The position numbers and the translations under genes were made by a program. Positions 47,816 through 58,587 of a stretch of DNA of 64,000 nucleotides are shown piece by piece; within the stretch, counting starts at the first letter, position 1; the number at the start of each line of letters is the position of its first letter. A model generated the notes under the pieces. The model did no database searches and was not told where the DNA came from. It saw nothing but the letters and a program-made list of their open reading frames with translations. Source of the DNA: Candidatus Latescibacterota bacterium (GTDB lineage Bacteria; Latescibacterota; UBA2968); the NCBI GenBank assembly GCA_965207885.1, contig OZ242311.1:2400001-2464000 (forward strand), read 5' to 3'.

Positions 47816-50194
47816 GTGTTTAAGAATTATATCACAATCGCGATCCGCAATTTTTGGGGACAAAAAACCCATTCCATCATCAATATTGCGGGCCTTTCCG
47901 TGGGCCTGACCTGTAGTTTTTTAATTTTTATGTGGATCACCCACGAACTCAGCTACAATCAATTCCATTTGGAAGGCGACCGAATTTACCGCCTCATGCG
48001 GCATCATCACGGCATGAATAAGATCTCGACATTGTCTTCTATCCCCCAGCCAAGTGCCAAATTGCTGGAAGAGCGATATCCCGAAGTGACCGAGACCGTG
48101 CTTGTGACCTGGACTCAGCCCATGCTTTTGACACAGGGGAAACAGACTTTTCGGGATCGCGGATATCACGCTGGACCGGCCTTTTTTAAGATTTTCACCT
48201 TTCCTCTCATCCTGGGCGATCCCGAAACAGCGCTTTCGGAACCGAATAATATCGCCATCTCAGAGCGACTGGCCGAGAAGTATTTCGGAGAGGATTGGAG
48301 AAGTATTGCGATGGGGCAGATATTTGTGGTGAATAGTACGCACGCCCTGATGCAATACGATAACAAAAGTTTTAAGGTGACCGGGGTTTTTGAAAACATG
48401 CCCGTAAATTCGACGCTGAGATATGACTGTATTTTGCCAATGGCATCTTATTTGGCCAATAAACGCAGTTTTTCTCAGTGGACGGTAAATCACCTTCGGC
48501 TATACGTTCAGTTGCAAAAGGATGTCAATATCGATCAATTCAATGCCAAAATAAAAAATATTATTAGAGAGAATGATAAGACGGTTACAAGCGATGCTTT
48601 TTTACAACCCTTTCAGGATATCCATCTGTATTCCGACTACAGGAATGGCAAACTGGTCGGTGGTCGGATTGACTATGTGCGGATGTTTATTGTCGTGGCT
48701 GTGTTCATCATCCTGATCGCGAGTATCAACTTTATGAATCTATCGACTGCGCGTTCTACGCAACGCGCCCGGGAAATCGGGATTCGCAAGGTTGCCGGGG
48801 CACATAAAACAATTCTAATTGGGCAGTTTATGGGAGAATCTCTCATGATGACCATGTTCGCTGCCATTCTGGCTCTGGTTATGGTCATTTTGGTTTTGCC
48901 GTCGTTTAGCGATTTGATTAATCAGACGCTCACGACTGATCTTTTTAGTATCGAGATTCTTCTCATTTTTTTTGGTATTGCGATTGTAACCGGTTTGCTC
49001 GCGGGAAGCTATCCCGCTTTTTTCCTGTCCAATTTTAATCCCGTCGTTGTTTTGCACGGTACTTTTACACCGGGGTCGGGTTCGAGTCAGTTGCGCCGGG
49101 TGCTGGTGGTATTCCAATTTGGTCTTTCTATTTTGCTCATTATCGGTACGCTGACGGTTTATGAGCAGATTGCGTATATGCGAAATAAAGATCTGGGAAT
49201 TGACCGCGATAATCTGGTGTATATACGGTTGGAAGGTGCAGCTAAGCGGCAGTATGAGACTTTCAGACGCGAACTTTTGCAACAGCCGGGCATTGTCGGT
49301 GTGACCAGTACCGCACACAATCCACTCAGGGTAACGAGTACCGGAACAAATGCCATGTGGGCGGGTCGAGATCCCAGTTCAGAACATATTTTTCACAGGT
49401 TACAGGCCAACTACGATGTGGTCAATACCCTGCAAATGGAGCTTGTTCACGGGCGCGAATTTTCCAGAGATTTTCCCGGTGATCTCAGAAGTTTTATCGT
49501 GAATGAAGAAATGGCTCGAGCCATGGGCATGGAAAACCCGGTTGGCACCCTTCTGCGGTTTGGTCGCGAGGGTCCAATTATTGGTGTGGTTAAAAATTTT
49601 CATTTCCAATCACTGTACACCGCCATCGAACCGCTGATTATTCTTCTGAGTCCCGCCCGGACGGAGTATTTATTTGTTCGTATTGCCGCGGGACAAACGG
49701 CTGAGACTATTGCAGGTATTGAGAGGGTATTTAAGAAATTCAATGATCGTCCTTTTGAATTTTCTTTTCAGGACGAACAGTTTGAAAGGATGTATCGCAA
49801 CGAAAGCACAATGGGCACTCTGGCCACTTTTTTTGCCATTTTCGCCATTTTTATTTCTTGCTTGGGTCTGTTTGGTCTGGCGTCCTATACCGCCGAACAA
49901 CGCACTAAGGAAATCGGTATTAGAAAAATTCTCGGTGCGTCCATTCCCAATCTCGTCATTCTGCTTTCCAAAGAGTTCATCAGGCTGGTTGTCGTCTCCT
50001 TTGCTCTGGCCGCCCCGCTGGCCTATCACTTTATGAACGAGTGGTTAAATGATTTTGCCTATCACACATCTCTGGGATGGCGCGTCTTTGTTTTCGCTGG
50101 CGTCCTGTCTCTGATTATCGCCTGTATCACTGTGAGCTATCAAGCGATCAAAGTTGCCATGGCCAATCCGGTTGAATCGCTGCGGTATGAGTAG
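47816..50194 (+). CDS. ABC transporter permease (MacB/FtsX type, duplicated domains)
   Basis: FKNYITIAIRN, INFMNLSTARS..RAREIGIRKVAGA, EQRTKEIGIRKILGAS, ANPVESLRYE. Confidence 0.93.
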   Translation: MFKNYITIAIRNFWGQKTHSIINIAGLSVGLTCSFLIFMWITHELSYNQFHLEGDRIYRLMRHHHGMNKISTLSSIPQPSAKLLEERYPEVTETVLVTWTQPMLLTQGKQTFRDRGYHAGPAFFKIFTFPLILGDPETALSEPNNIAISERLAEKYFGEDWRSIAMGQIFVVNSTHALMQYDNKSFKVTGVFENMPVNSTLRYDCILPMASYLANKRSFSQWTVNHLRLYVQLQKDVNIDQFNAKIKNIIRENDKTVTSDAFLQPFQDIHLYSDYRNGKLVGGRIDYVRMFIVVAVFIILIASINFMNLSTARSTQRAREIGIRKVAGAHKTILIGQFMGESLMMTMFAAILALVMVILVLPSFSDLINQTLTTDLFSIEILLIFFGIAIVTGLLAGSYPAFFLSNFNPVVVLHGTFTPGSGSSQLRRVLVVFQFGLSILLIIGTLTVYEQIAYMRNKDLGIDRDNLVYIRLEGAAKRQYETFRRELLQQPGIVGVTSTAHNPLRVTSTGTNAMWAGRDPSSEHIFHRLQANYDVVNTLQMELVHGREFSRDFPGDLRSFIVNEEMARAMGMENPVGTLLRFGREGPIIGVVKNFHFQSLYTAIEPLIILLSPARTEYLFVRIAAGQTAETIAGIERVFKKFNDRPFEFSFQDEQFERMYRNESTMGTLATFFAIFAIFISCLGLFGLASYTAEQRTKEIGIRKILGASIPNLVILLSKEFIRLVVVSFALAAPLAYHFMNEWLNDFAYHTSLGWRVFVFAGVLSLIIACITVSYQAIKVAMANPVESLRYE

Positions 50195-50227
50195 AGGCAC
50201 AGGCAAAGAATTAAATGGAGGAACTCA

Positions 50228-51004
50228 ATGGAATCCCTGCCCCTGCTTTCGGGCCATGCAATGCCTATTGTCGGTCTCGGTACCTGGCCGATGAGAGGTA
50301 ATCAATGTAAAGAGGTCATTAAACAGGCTCTCGAATTGGGCTATACGCACTTCGATACGGCCTGGATCTACCAGAATCAGCGCGAAATAGGCGAAGCCCT
50401 GCGGGAGGTCGGTGCTGATCGCTCAAAACTTTTTATAACCTCCAAAGTCGGTAGAGATTATCTGCAATATGACGTCGCGCTAAGACAGGCCGATGAGATT
50501 CTCCAGCTTCTCCAGATGGACTATGTGGATCTGTTGCTCGTTCACTGGCCCAACGAGACCGTGCCGATGGAAGGGTTCATTCGCGCTTTCAACGAGTTTT
50601 TCGATGCGGGTAAAGCGAGAAGTATTGGGGTTAGCAACTTTTCGGTCGAACAAATGGAACGCGCCCGTTCGCTATCTACAGCACCTATCAGTGTCAATCA
50701 GATTAAATATCATCCGGGTTACGAACAGCGAGATGTTTTGCAATGGTGCCTGGAAAACGATGTGGTGGTGACTGCGTATTCCCCTCTGGGGAAGAAGGAT
50801 ATTCTTCGGGATCCCGTCCTGCTGGACATCGCCCGTATCCACGATAAGACCTCTGCACATGTCGCCCTCAAGTGGCTGCTGCAAAAAGGCATGATCGTTA
50901 TTCCCAAAGCGAGTTCCCGAGCACATCTCCAGGCGAATCTCGATGTTTTTGACTGGTCCCTATCTGAAAGCGAGATGCAGTCCATTGACCGCATAGCGGG
51001 GTAA
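50228..51004 (+). CDS. Aldo/keto reductase
   Basis: GLGTW, DTAWIY, FITSK, DLLLVHWP, IGVSNF, AYSPLG, IPKAS. Confidence 0.93.
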   Translation: MESLPLLSGHAMPIVGLGTWPMRGNQCKEVIKQALELGYTHFDTAWIYQNQREIGEALREVGADRSKLFITSKVGRDYLQYDVALRQADEILQLLQMDYVDLLLVHWPNETVPMEGFIRAFNEFFDAGKARSIGVSNFSVEQMERARSLSTAPISVNQIKYHPGYEQRDVLQWCLENDVVVTAYSPLGKKDILRDPVLLDIARIHDKTSAHVALKWLLQKGMIVIPKASSRAHLQANLDVFDWSLSESEMQSIDRIAG

Positions 51005-51009
51005 ACGAA

Positions 51010-52644
51010 ATGGATGAGAAAAACAGGCCCAATGTCGTTCTTATCATTACGGACGATCAGGGGTACGGAACTGTGGGGGTACACGGGAATGATCAGGTCA
51101 GGACGCCATATATGGATCGGTTGGCCAATGAAGGGGTGGCGTTTGACCGTTTCTACGGGCATCCGCTGTGTTCGCCTTCTCGAGCCGCATTGATGACGGG
51201 GCGGTATTTCTATCGAACCGGAATCCTACACACGTCTCGAGGGGGTGCATTAATGTCGGGCGATGAGGTCACTGCCGCCGAGCTGTTTCGAGATGCCGGG
51301 TACCGCACCGGGATTTTTGGGAAGTGGCATCTCGGTGACAATTACCCAATGAGGCCCATGGACCAGGGATTTGAGAAAGCTGTGTGGCACAAAGGAGGGG
51401 GGATCGGGCAAGCCCCCGTAAGGCCAAATAGCTACTTTGACTCACTTCTGTGGCGAGAAGGAGAAGATTTCCAGGCGAAAGGGTACTGCACGGATGTCTT
51501 CTTTGACGAGGCCCTCGCGTTTATCGAGGAATATCAAAGCGAGCCGTTTTTTATCTATATTCCGACGAATGCGCCGCACGGTCCTCTCGAGATCAGTGAC
51601 GAATATGCGGATCCCTATCGCGAGATGGGTCTGGATGACAGCGTCGCACGAATCTATGGGATGGTCGAGAATATCGATGACAATATTGGGCGACTCCTGG
51701 AACTGCTGGAACGTCTCGGGCTGGATGAAGATACAATAATCATCTTTACGTCCGACCACGGTCCCGCGGGCGGCAGGTACAATGCCGGACTCAGATCCAC
51801 AAAAGGAGATGTGTACGAAGGCGGGATTCGCGTTCCGTATTTCATGAGGTGGCCGAAAGGGATGCCGGCTGGTTTCAAAACCGACAAGATTGCCTCACAT
51901 ATCGATGTTCTGCCCACTTTGTTGTCGCTTTGTAACGTGGATTCTCCCTCTGATCTCAGGATGGATGGCGTGGATCTGACGCCCCTGATTCGAGGTCATG
52001 ATGTGGAATGGCTTGATCGCACACTTTTCATTCAGACACACCGGGGGAGCCGTCCGCGACAGTACCACAACTGTACGGCGCTCACCCAACGCTACAAGTG
52101 GTTGGGTTATCCCGGTACCGGTGGACAGTGGGATTTTGAGACTTCTTCGACTGACCTCGTGATGGAGCTGTACGATCTCGAAGACGACTCTGGCGAAGAG
52201 AAAGAGATAGGTGGCCAGATGCCCGATCTTGTAGCGCAGATGAGGAAAGACTACGACGCCTGGTTCGACGATGTGGCTTCGGATTGGCAGGTGGGGGTCA
52301 TTCACATTGGGAATTCGGCCGAGAATCCTCTCACGCTGTGCCGCTATCAGGATTCAGAATACATATCCGAACTGCCACACGGCTGGCGTGTGAAGGTCGA
52401 ACAGAGCGGAACCTATGAGTTTCGAATCAACCGTGAGTCGCTAAATGGCGCGGGTGCCCTCGGGGTTCAGTGGCAGGGGGATACTCAGAGAAGCCCGCTG
52501 GCTGCGGGAGAGAATACAGGACGATTCGAGCTTGAAGCGGGGGACGGCAATCTGGAGATCTGGTTCGAGCTCGAAGATATAGGTCGCGTGACGTTTTCAA
52601 GCAATTTGACGATTGGGGATGTGGAGGTGGATTACCTGGGGTAG
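51010..52644 (+). CDS. Arylsulfatase (formylglycine-dependent, S1)
   Basis: PNVVLIITDDQG, CSPSRAALMTGR, GKWHLG, SDHG, YEGGIRVP; no signal peptide. Confidence 0.95.
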   Translation: MDEKNRPNVVLIITDDQGYGTVGVHGNDQVRTPYMDRLANEGVAFDRFYGHPLCSPSRAALMTGRYFYRTGILHTSRGGALMSGDEVTAAELFRDAGYRTGIFGKWHLGDNYPMRPMDQGFEKAVWHKGGGIGQAPVRPNSYFDSLLWREGEDFQAKGYCTDVFFDEALAFIEEYQSEPFFIYIPTNAPHGPLEISDEYADPYREMGLDDSVARIYGMVENIDDNIGRLLELLERLGLDEDTIIIFTSDHGPAGGRYNAGLRSTKGDVYEGGIRVPYFMRWPKGMPAGFKTDKIASHIDVLPTLLSLCNVDSPSDLRMDGVDLTPLIRGHDVEWLDRTLFIQTHRGSRPRQYHNCTALTQRYKWLGYPGTGGQWDFETSSTDLVMELYDLEDDSGEEKEIGGQMPDLVAQMRKDYDAWFDDVASDWQVGVIHIGNSAENPLTLCRYQDSEYISELPHGWRVKVEQSGTYEFRINRESLNGAGALGVQWQGDTQRSPLAAGENTGRFELEAGDGNLEIWFELEDIGRVTFSSNLTIGDVEVDYLG

Positions 52645-52742
52645 GGATAAAACGGTGCGGAATTGTAAAGATGGATGTAAGGTGTCTATTCAAAGCTGTA
52701 ACCTATTTTGTTTTTTTGAGAAAATTCAGTCCGAACATTTGA

Positions 52743-52901
52743 TACATTCGAGAACGTATGAATGACCTTGGTGTGCCAAATGAGGCTCTAACACTTACAG
52801 GTGGGATTCACGGTACGTGGAATTGGTTGCCGTGGTTTGATGTGACAATGATTCAGGTGGATCGGTTTTTGCAACGAACATGGAAGACAATAGAGAAATG
52901 A
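52743..52901 (+). pseudogene. Orphan 3' tail of an alpha/beta-hydrolase-like gene
   Basis: Manual translation YIRERMNDLGVPNEALTLTGGIHGTWNWLPWFDVTMIQVDRFL...stop; the stop overlaps the GH117 ATG (ATGA). Confidence 0.5.
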
Positions 52902-54013
52902 CTGATGGAATAGAGAAGCCACTAAGTGTAGCAATGAAACGGCATCGGTGTGATGATAGTGAGAATGAGTTATATACGCGTTTTCGTTATTCTCCTGTCG
53001 AAGGGCTTGGTTACGAGCCTGGTGTTGGGCGAAGAGATCCGAGTTCGATTATCAAGGTTGGCGATCTTTATTACGTCTGGTACACACATTGCACTGATAC
53101 GAGATATAAATGGTTGAACGCAGACTTGTGGTATGCGACGAGTCCCGATGGGTATGTATGGACAGAGCTTGGTCCAGCCGTGGAGCGTGGTCCGGCAGGT
53201 GCCTGGGATGATTACAGTGTGTTTACATGTAATATTCTCGTCGCCGATGGCAGATACTATCTGGTTTATCAGGCCGAGACCATGCCCGAACGCGGTTTGG
53301 GTATCAACGTAGTGGGCATGGCAAAGGCAGACTCTCCGGATGGGCCGTGGGAGAAGTTGCCTGAGCCAGTCTTGGAAACCGCTCCTGATGGAAAATTTGA
53401 GGTGCCAGATCTAGATCAGGTGCATAAACGGAAAGTTATTAAAAAAGGGTCGTGGGATAGTGCTGCAGTTCACGATCCGGGGCTTTTGGTGCGCGATGGC
53501 AAGTACTGGCTATATTACAAAGGGCATGGAGTCGGAGATATCATGTTTGCCGATTCGAAGTGGGGCGTGGCGATTGCTGATCACCCTGAGGGCCCTTATG
53601 AGAAACATCCGCTGAATCCAATTACAAATAGCGGGCACGAGGTCTGGGTTTGGCCCTGGAAAACAGGTGTGGCTGCAATGGTTGATTGGGCGGGTCCTGA
53701 GAAGGGATCAATTCAATACGCGGAGGATGGCTTGAACTTTGAGGTGATGGCAACGCTGGAAGATATTCCACCTGCAGGAGGGGCTTATATTCCCGATAAA
53801 TTTACGGATACAAAAGATGGCAAGGGGTTTAGCTGGGGGCTGTGTCATTACGGACGGTCCGACTGGAATTTTCTGGTGCGCTTCGATTGTGATCTGGAAA
53901 GAGGACGGGAAAAACAGCTTGCCTGGTCTTATTTCCAGCACTACAGCACGATCCGCGATGTGATGATTAATCCAGAAAGGTTCAATGTGCCACCAGAGGC
54001 GTTGCTGGGATGA
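52898..54013 (+). CDS. Glycoside hydrolase family 117 (3,6-anhydro-L-galactosidase-like)
   Basis: SxAxxR signature (LSVAMKR), RRDPS, ADLWYATS, SVFT, VHDP, YYKG, NSGHE. Confidence 0.82.
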   Translation: MTDGIEKPLSVAMKRHRCDDSENELYTRFRYSPVEGLGYEPGVGRRDPSSIIKVGDLYYVWYTHCTDTRYKWLNADLWYATSPDGYVWTELGPAVERGPAGAWDDYSVFTCNILVADGRYYLVYQAETMPERGLGINVVGMAKADSPDGPWEKLPEPVLETAPDGKFEVPDLDQVHKRKVIKKGSWDSAAVHDPGLLVRDGKYWLYYKGHGVGDIMFADSKWGVAIADHPEGPYEKHPLNPITNSGHEVWVWPWKTGVAAMVDWAGPEKGSIQYAEDGLNFEVMATLEDIPPAGGAYIPDKFTDTKDGKGFSWGLCHYGRSDWNFLVRFDCDLERGREKQLAWSYFQHYSTIRDVMINPERFNVPPEALLG

Positions 54014-54043
54014 TAGAATTTTGAAGCTGTAATTTATGATGAT

Positions 54044-55153
54044 ATGAGCGAAATCGTTAAGATAAGAACGCGGCTGTTCGAAGTGCCATTGGCGGAGGTG
54101 CTGGTCGATGCCAAGCATGGCGACCATAGTCACTTCGAGTTGATTACCGTGACGATAACACTGAAGGATGGGTACGAGGGAACCGGGTACACTTATACCG
54201 GTGGTCGCGGTGGCAGGTCGATTAAAGCTATGATCGACGCGGATCTGGCTCCCAGGTTGATTGCCAGGAATGGGGCGGATGTGGAAGAGATCAACGATTG
54301 GTGCGAATGGTATATTCATTACGTCGGTCGTGGCGGGGTTTCGTCATTTGCGATATCGGCGATCGACATCGCTCTTTGGGATATCCGCTGCAAACGCAAG
54401 GACCTGCCCTTGTGGAAAGTTTCGGGTGGGGCGGGTGCGAGTTGCAAAGCCTATGGTGGAGGTATTGATCTGAATTTTCCTCTCCCGAAACTCCTCGATA
54501 ACATCCGTCGCTATCTCGATAAGGGTTTCAATGGGGTCAAGATCAAGGTTGGGCAACCCACTCTGGATGAGGATGTAGATCGGGTCCGGGCAGTTCGAAA
54601 GCTTATTGGTCCAGATATTGCTTTCATGGTCGATGCAAACTACTCGATGAGTGTCCAGTACGCTATTGAGGCGGCTAACCGATTTAAGGCGTTCGATATC
54701 CTGTGGTTTGAGGAGCCTACGCTTCCAGATGACTATCTGGGTTATGCCGAGATTGCCGATGCTACGGGAGTGCCTCTATCGATGGGCGAGAACCTTCATA
54801 CGATACATGAATTTGGCTACGCTTTTGAACAGGCTAAGCTCTCTTATATTCAGCCTGATGCTTCCAATTGTATGGGGATTACCGGCTGGCTAAAGGTTGC
54901 CGAATTGTCGCGTAAGTACGAAGTTCCAATATGCTCTCATGGCATGCAGGAGTTGCACGTCAGTCTGGTTTCTGCGCAACCCAATGCAGGTTGGATGGAG
55001 TACCACAGCTTTCCAATCGACGAATACACGAAGCGTCCGTTGAAGATCGAAAACCACCGGGCGATTGCGCCTGATGATCCTGGAATCGGCGTAGAATTCG
55101 ACTGGTCTAAACTCGAACCTTATTGCGTCTCTGATCTGGTATTCGGCGAATAA
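54044..55153 (+). CDS. Mandelate racemase/enolase superfamily, 3,6-anhydro-L-galactonate cycloisomerase-like
   Basis: [55 protein letters not shown]. Closely resembles Vibrio EJY3 ACI as I recall it; adjacent to GH117. Confidence 0.8.
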   Translation: MSEIVKIRTRLFEVPLAEVLVDAKHGDHSHFELITVTITLKDGYEGTGYTYTGGRGGRSIKAMIDADLAPRLIARNGADVEEINDWCEWYIHYVGRGGVSSFAISAIDIALWDIRCKRKDLPLWKVSGGAGASCKAYGGGIDLNFPLPKLLDNIRRYLDKGFNGVKIKVGQPTLDEDVDRVRAVRKLIGPDIAFMVDANYSMSVQYAIEAANRFKAFDILWFEEPTLPDDYLGYAEIADATGVPLSMGENLHTIHEFGYAFEQAKLSYIQPDASNCMGITGWLKVAELSRKYEVPICSHGMQELHVSLVSAQPNAGWMEYHSFPIDEYTKRPLKIENHRAIAPDDPGIGVEFDWSKLEPYCVSDLVFGE

Positions 55154-55173
55154 GCGTCTGGTTCCTCATCGAA

Positions 55174-56289
55174 TCACGGTGAAATTTGCAACTTGCCGAA
55201 ATGAATATGAGTACGCGGCGTATCTGGTGTGCCGCTGTCCCACACGCAACGGAAGTCCCCCGGCGCAATTTCAATAAGTGTGGGATAAGAGTTCTTAATC
55301 CCGGCATCGTAGAAGGTTTTCTCTTCGCTCCAGGTGTCTCCGGGATTTTTTGTTTTGTACCGCAGAGAAGTCCGACCTCCGTTGGGAAATCCCGGTGCTT
55401 TTACTCTTTGGGGAGGCCCGTCGCTGTACACATAGATATGCGTGCCATTCGAGGATCGGCCAAAGAAAGCTTTTGACTTGGCGTTGTGCAGGTCGGGTTC
55501 GGGTTTGGCGACACTCCAGGTCTGGCCACCGTCACGGCTTACGCTCGAATAGGCTCTGGGCGGGTCCGTCGTGCGATCGGTTTCGTCGTAATCGGCCGTT
55601 CGCATGACAATCCATAGTTCCTTTGGTGTTTCTCCCGGCGCGATATTTCCCTCATGTAGGAAAACACGAGCATTGGTGGGTTGGGGAATATATGCTTCGA
55701 GCTTCCATTCCAGCAGGCTGGTACTGCTGAGAACGAAGTGGTCACGCGAACCGCGTGGGTCTTCTTGCAGCGTGTTGCGGTGGGCTGGCAGGAGATACTT
55801 GCGTACCGAGTCGATCTCTGTGGCAACGATGCTCGAGCACGTGATGAGCGGCCCTGCATAGTGCATCGCCATTTCCACCTGTGTCCAGGAATAACCGCCA
55901 TCTGCGGTGAATGCACCGACCAGTTGAGATTCTTCGCTATTCTTCTGAGCTATCGGGCAGCGCATCGCAAAGCACCAAATGACGTCCTGTCCGGGGGCGC
56001 GGTAAAGAACTGGATTCGCGTAGGCAAATTGCACTATACCCTGACGCTGGCGATGATCGAATATCATCACGGGTTCCTCCCAGGTATCCCCATCGTCGGT
56101 TGAGAGCGTCGCGAGAATGTCTCCCATGTCTTTCTTGCCGTTGACCATCGCCCCGAAGGCCACAATGAGATGCCTCTTCTTCTGCCCTGGAATAATGACC
56201 GGTTGCCACACGCGCCAGGCCTGCGGATGCTGCTCAACCCGGCGAACTACGCGAAGGTCCATAACATCTCCTCGATAATTCTGCATCAT
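55174..56289 (-). CDS. Sialidase-like BNR protein
   Basis: STDDGDTW, TADGGYSW, SRDGGQTW Asp boxes; SYPTL. Confidence 0.8.
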   Translation of the reverse strand: MMQNYRGDVMDLRVVRRVEQHPQAWRVWQPVIIPGQKKRHLIVAFGAMVNGKKDMGDILATLSTDDGDTWEEPVMIFDHRQRQGIVQFAYANPVLYRAPGQDVIWCFAMRCPIAQKNSEESQLVGAFTADGGYSWTQVEMAMHYAGPLITCSSIVATEIDSVRKYLLPAHRNTLQEDPRGSRDHFVLSSTSLLEWKLEAYIPQPTNARVFLHEGNIAPGETPKELWIVMRTADYDETDRTTDPPRAYSSVSRDGGQTWSVAKPEPDLHNAKSKAFFGRSSNGTHIYVYSDGPPQRVKAPGFPNGGRTSLRYKTKNPGDTWSEEKTFYDAGIKNSYPTLIEIAPGDFRCVWDSGTPDTPRTHIHFGKLQISP

Positions 56290-56444
56290 CTATCTCCTCG
56301 ATTTGCGTTCAAAATTTTTTTAAATTTAAGATCTGCATAATTATCAGTACTTCCAAGCTGGAAATTACCCTCTGTTAAATCGCCATTCAATCTAAGGGGG
56401 TTGGGCATTGACATTCTATACAACTTTCATATAAGGAGGACAAT

Positions 56445-57461
56445 ATGACACCCATCAGACTTGGTGTTGTTGGTCTTGGTCTTGGTCAATGGATAGTAGA
56501 AACTGTGAAGAAAATCGAGGGTGCCCACGTTGTGGCAGCTGCTGAGAATATGCCTGCTCGATTGGACAGTATGGGTGGTTATAGAGCCTATGAGAAGAAA
56601 AATGATCTCAGGCTTTACGAAGATGCAGACCAGATGATGGATGCCGAATCGTTGGACGCGGTCGCACTTGCGGTGACGCCCAAACATCGCAGGGCGCTGA
56701 TTGAATCGGCTGGCAACAGGGGCATCCCAATGCTGATTGAGAAGCCCTGGGCAGGGACAGTGGAAAGTGGAAGAGCGTTGGTTGACTTGTGCAACAGTTT
56801 TGATTTGCCCTGTCAGGTCGAATTTCCGATCCGTTGTATGCCTGCAATGGTGCGGTTGCGAGAACTCCTGAAAGGTCCTCTCGGAAATGGGTGGATGGCG
56901 AATGGCAATCTGATGGTGGGCTGGTGTCCTCCGCCAGAATCAAAACACTGGGATCCGGAAAACCACAATGGGCTTATCAACGAGTGCTATGTACATCTTT
57001 TCGACACGCTGGCATTTTTACTGGGCAAGCCCAAATCCGTATTCTCATTTGGGGGATCGTTCAGAGGTAGCCCAATGCCGGATGCGGCCGCAGCAGTCAT
57101 TGAGTTCGAATCTGGAGCCTCCGCTTCGCTGACTTGTGGTGGCATTGGTGCTGCGTGTGCTGATGGCGGACATCTTCTGGATATTTGGACAGAGAACGGA
57201 CTGGCACGCATAACTGGCACGCAATGGCTACCGGATACGCTGGAATGGGCCTTGAGGGAGGCCAAAGAATCTACAGTCGAGACGTTTCAGGCGCCTGAGC
57301 GGACGACCCTGATGGAGTACAATATGCGTGCATTTTTCAACGCTGTCCGAAGTGGCACCCCTGTAGCTGCAACACCTGAAGACGGACTGATTGCGACAGC
57401 CGTCGCGATGGCCATTCAGGAATCTATTATTACGGGGAATCGCGTTGCGGTGGACTGTTAG
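56445..57461 (+). CDS. Gfo/Idh/MocA family oxidoreductase
   Basis: RLGVVGLGLG, LIEKPW, ECYVHLFD. Confidence 0.88.
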   Translation: MTPIRLGVVGLGLGQWIVETVKKIEGAHVVAAAENMPARLDSMGGYRAYEKKNDLRLYEDADQMMDAESLDAVALAVTPKHRRALIESAGNRGIPMLIEKPWAGTVESGRALVDLCNSFDLPCQVEFPIRCMPAMVRLRELLKGPLGNGWMANGNLMVGWCPPPESKHWDPENHNGLINECYVHLFDTLAFLLGKPKSVFSFGGSFRGSPMPDAAAAVIEFESGASASLTCGGIGAACADGGHLLDIWTENGLARITGTQWLPDTLEWALREAKESTVETFQAPERTTLMEYNMRAFFNAVRSGTPVAATPEDGLIATAVAMAIQESIITGNRVAVDC

Positions 57462-57494
57462 GCAAACTCGATTCTGATCCGCCCCCTCTCTGTT

Positions 57495-58382
57495 CTAACC
57501 CAGATCTGGCACTCGCCAGTTGGCATACCAGCGAGAGTCTTCTGGGGGTGCTTTATCCCCGCTCTGCATAGAAGCAAAATTTTTCATTCGGGGGCGGATC
57601 TCCTCGTCCCAGATACGCTCAATCTGCCCGTAGGTCAGCGGGGTGTGATCGGGTTTTAAACGCTCGTATTCCGTTAGAAGTTCTTTTGCTTTTTCAGATA
57701 TATGTGCTGCCGTATCAGCCGCCATTTCTTCTCCTGCTCGCCGGCTGGATGTATCCACATAATCGCCCTGGGCGAAATGAGGCCCTGGCACGTCCGGTCC
57801 GGGAAGCCGGGACAGATCTACACAGTCCGGGGCCACGGCCCACAGCAGCGATGTTTCGCCTCTTCCCGCGTGGCCTCCCATGCCCCGGTCGTCTTTGAAT
57901 CGGGATTCCCCTGTGCCCATACTCATAAGAGAATAGAGGCGGACGGAAACGTGTTGCTGGAGGATTTCAATTACAACGGGTACGTCCAGGCGGTGTGGTC
58001 CCGAATGTCCGGAGAAGAGCACGGCTACGTGAAATCCCAGGGCATCGACGGCGCGGATGTGATAGCAGAGATTTTTTAAAAAGATCCACGGTGGCACCGC
58101 TGTAAGCCAGGGGCGGACGTCACCCACCCGTTCGTGTGCCCAGGTCCCGTAGCCTCCCGATTCGTGGCAGTGCCAGTATTCGGGCGGGGCTACAATGCCT
58201 CCGAATGACCGGGCGGCCTGACACACTACTCCGTGGGCACGCAGCGCGTCCAGGCCCAGGGCGTTCACCGGCCCGTGGGGTTCACACAGGCCATAGGGCA
58301 AATACACCACTGGACAATCCTCAAAGGCGGCTTCCAGTTCATCGGGAAACATGCGTTCCCAGCGGACTTCTCTCCGTTCCAT
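57495..58382 (-). CDS. Creatininase family protein
   Basis: PYGLCEPHG..LGLD, SGH, GHAGRGETS. Confidence 0.85.
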   Translation of the reverse strand: MERREVRWERMFPDELEAAFEDCPVVYLPYGLCEPHGPVNALGLDALRAHGVVCQAARSFGGIVAPPEYWHCHESGGYGTWAHERVGDVRPWLTAVPPWIFLKNLCYHIRAVDALGFHVAVLFSGHSGPHRLDVPVVIEILQQHVSVRLYSLMSMGTGESRFKDDRGMGGHAGRGETSLLWAVAPDCVDLSRLPGPDVPGPHFAQGDYVDTSSRRAGEEMAADTAAHISEKAKELLTEYERLKPDHTPLTYGQIERIWDEEIRPRMKNFASMQSGDKAPPEDSRWYANWRVPDLG

Positions 58383-58587
58383 GGTTCAGGCTCCTTATGT
58401 TGAATGGAGAATGAGATAAAAGGCCGGATGAAATTTAGGCTATAAATAAAAAAAGGCTATGATTAATCTCATACATCCGCAAGTACGACAAAAGCACTTG
58501 ACAACTATTGCCGAAAACGCCTTCTTACCAGCCATCCATGCGCAAGAAACGGCCCTTGTAGTTCCTACACGTAGAGGAGATTAGAAG

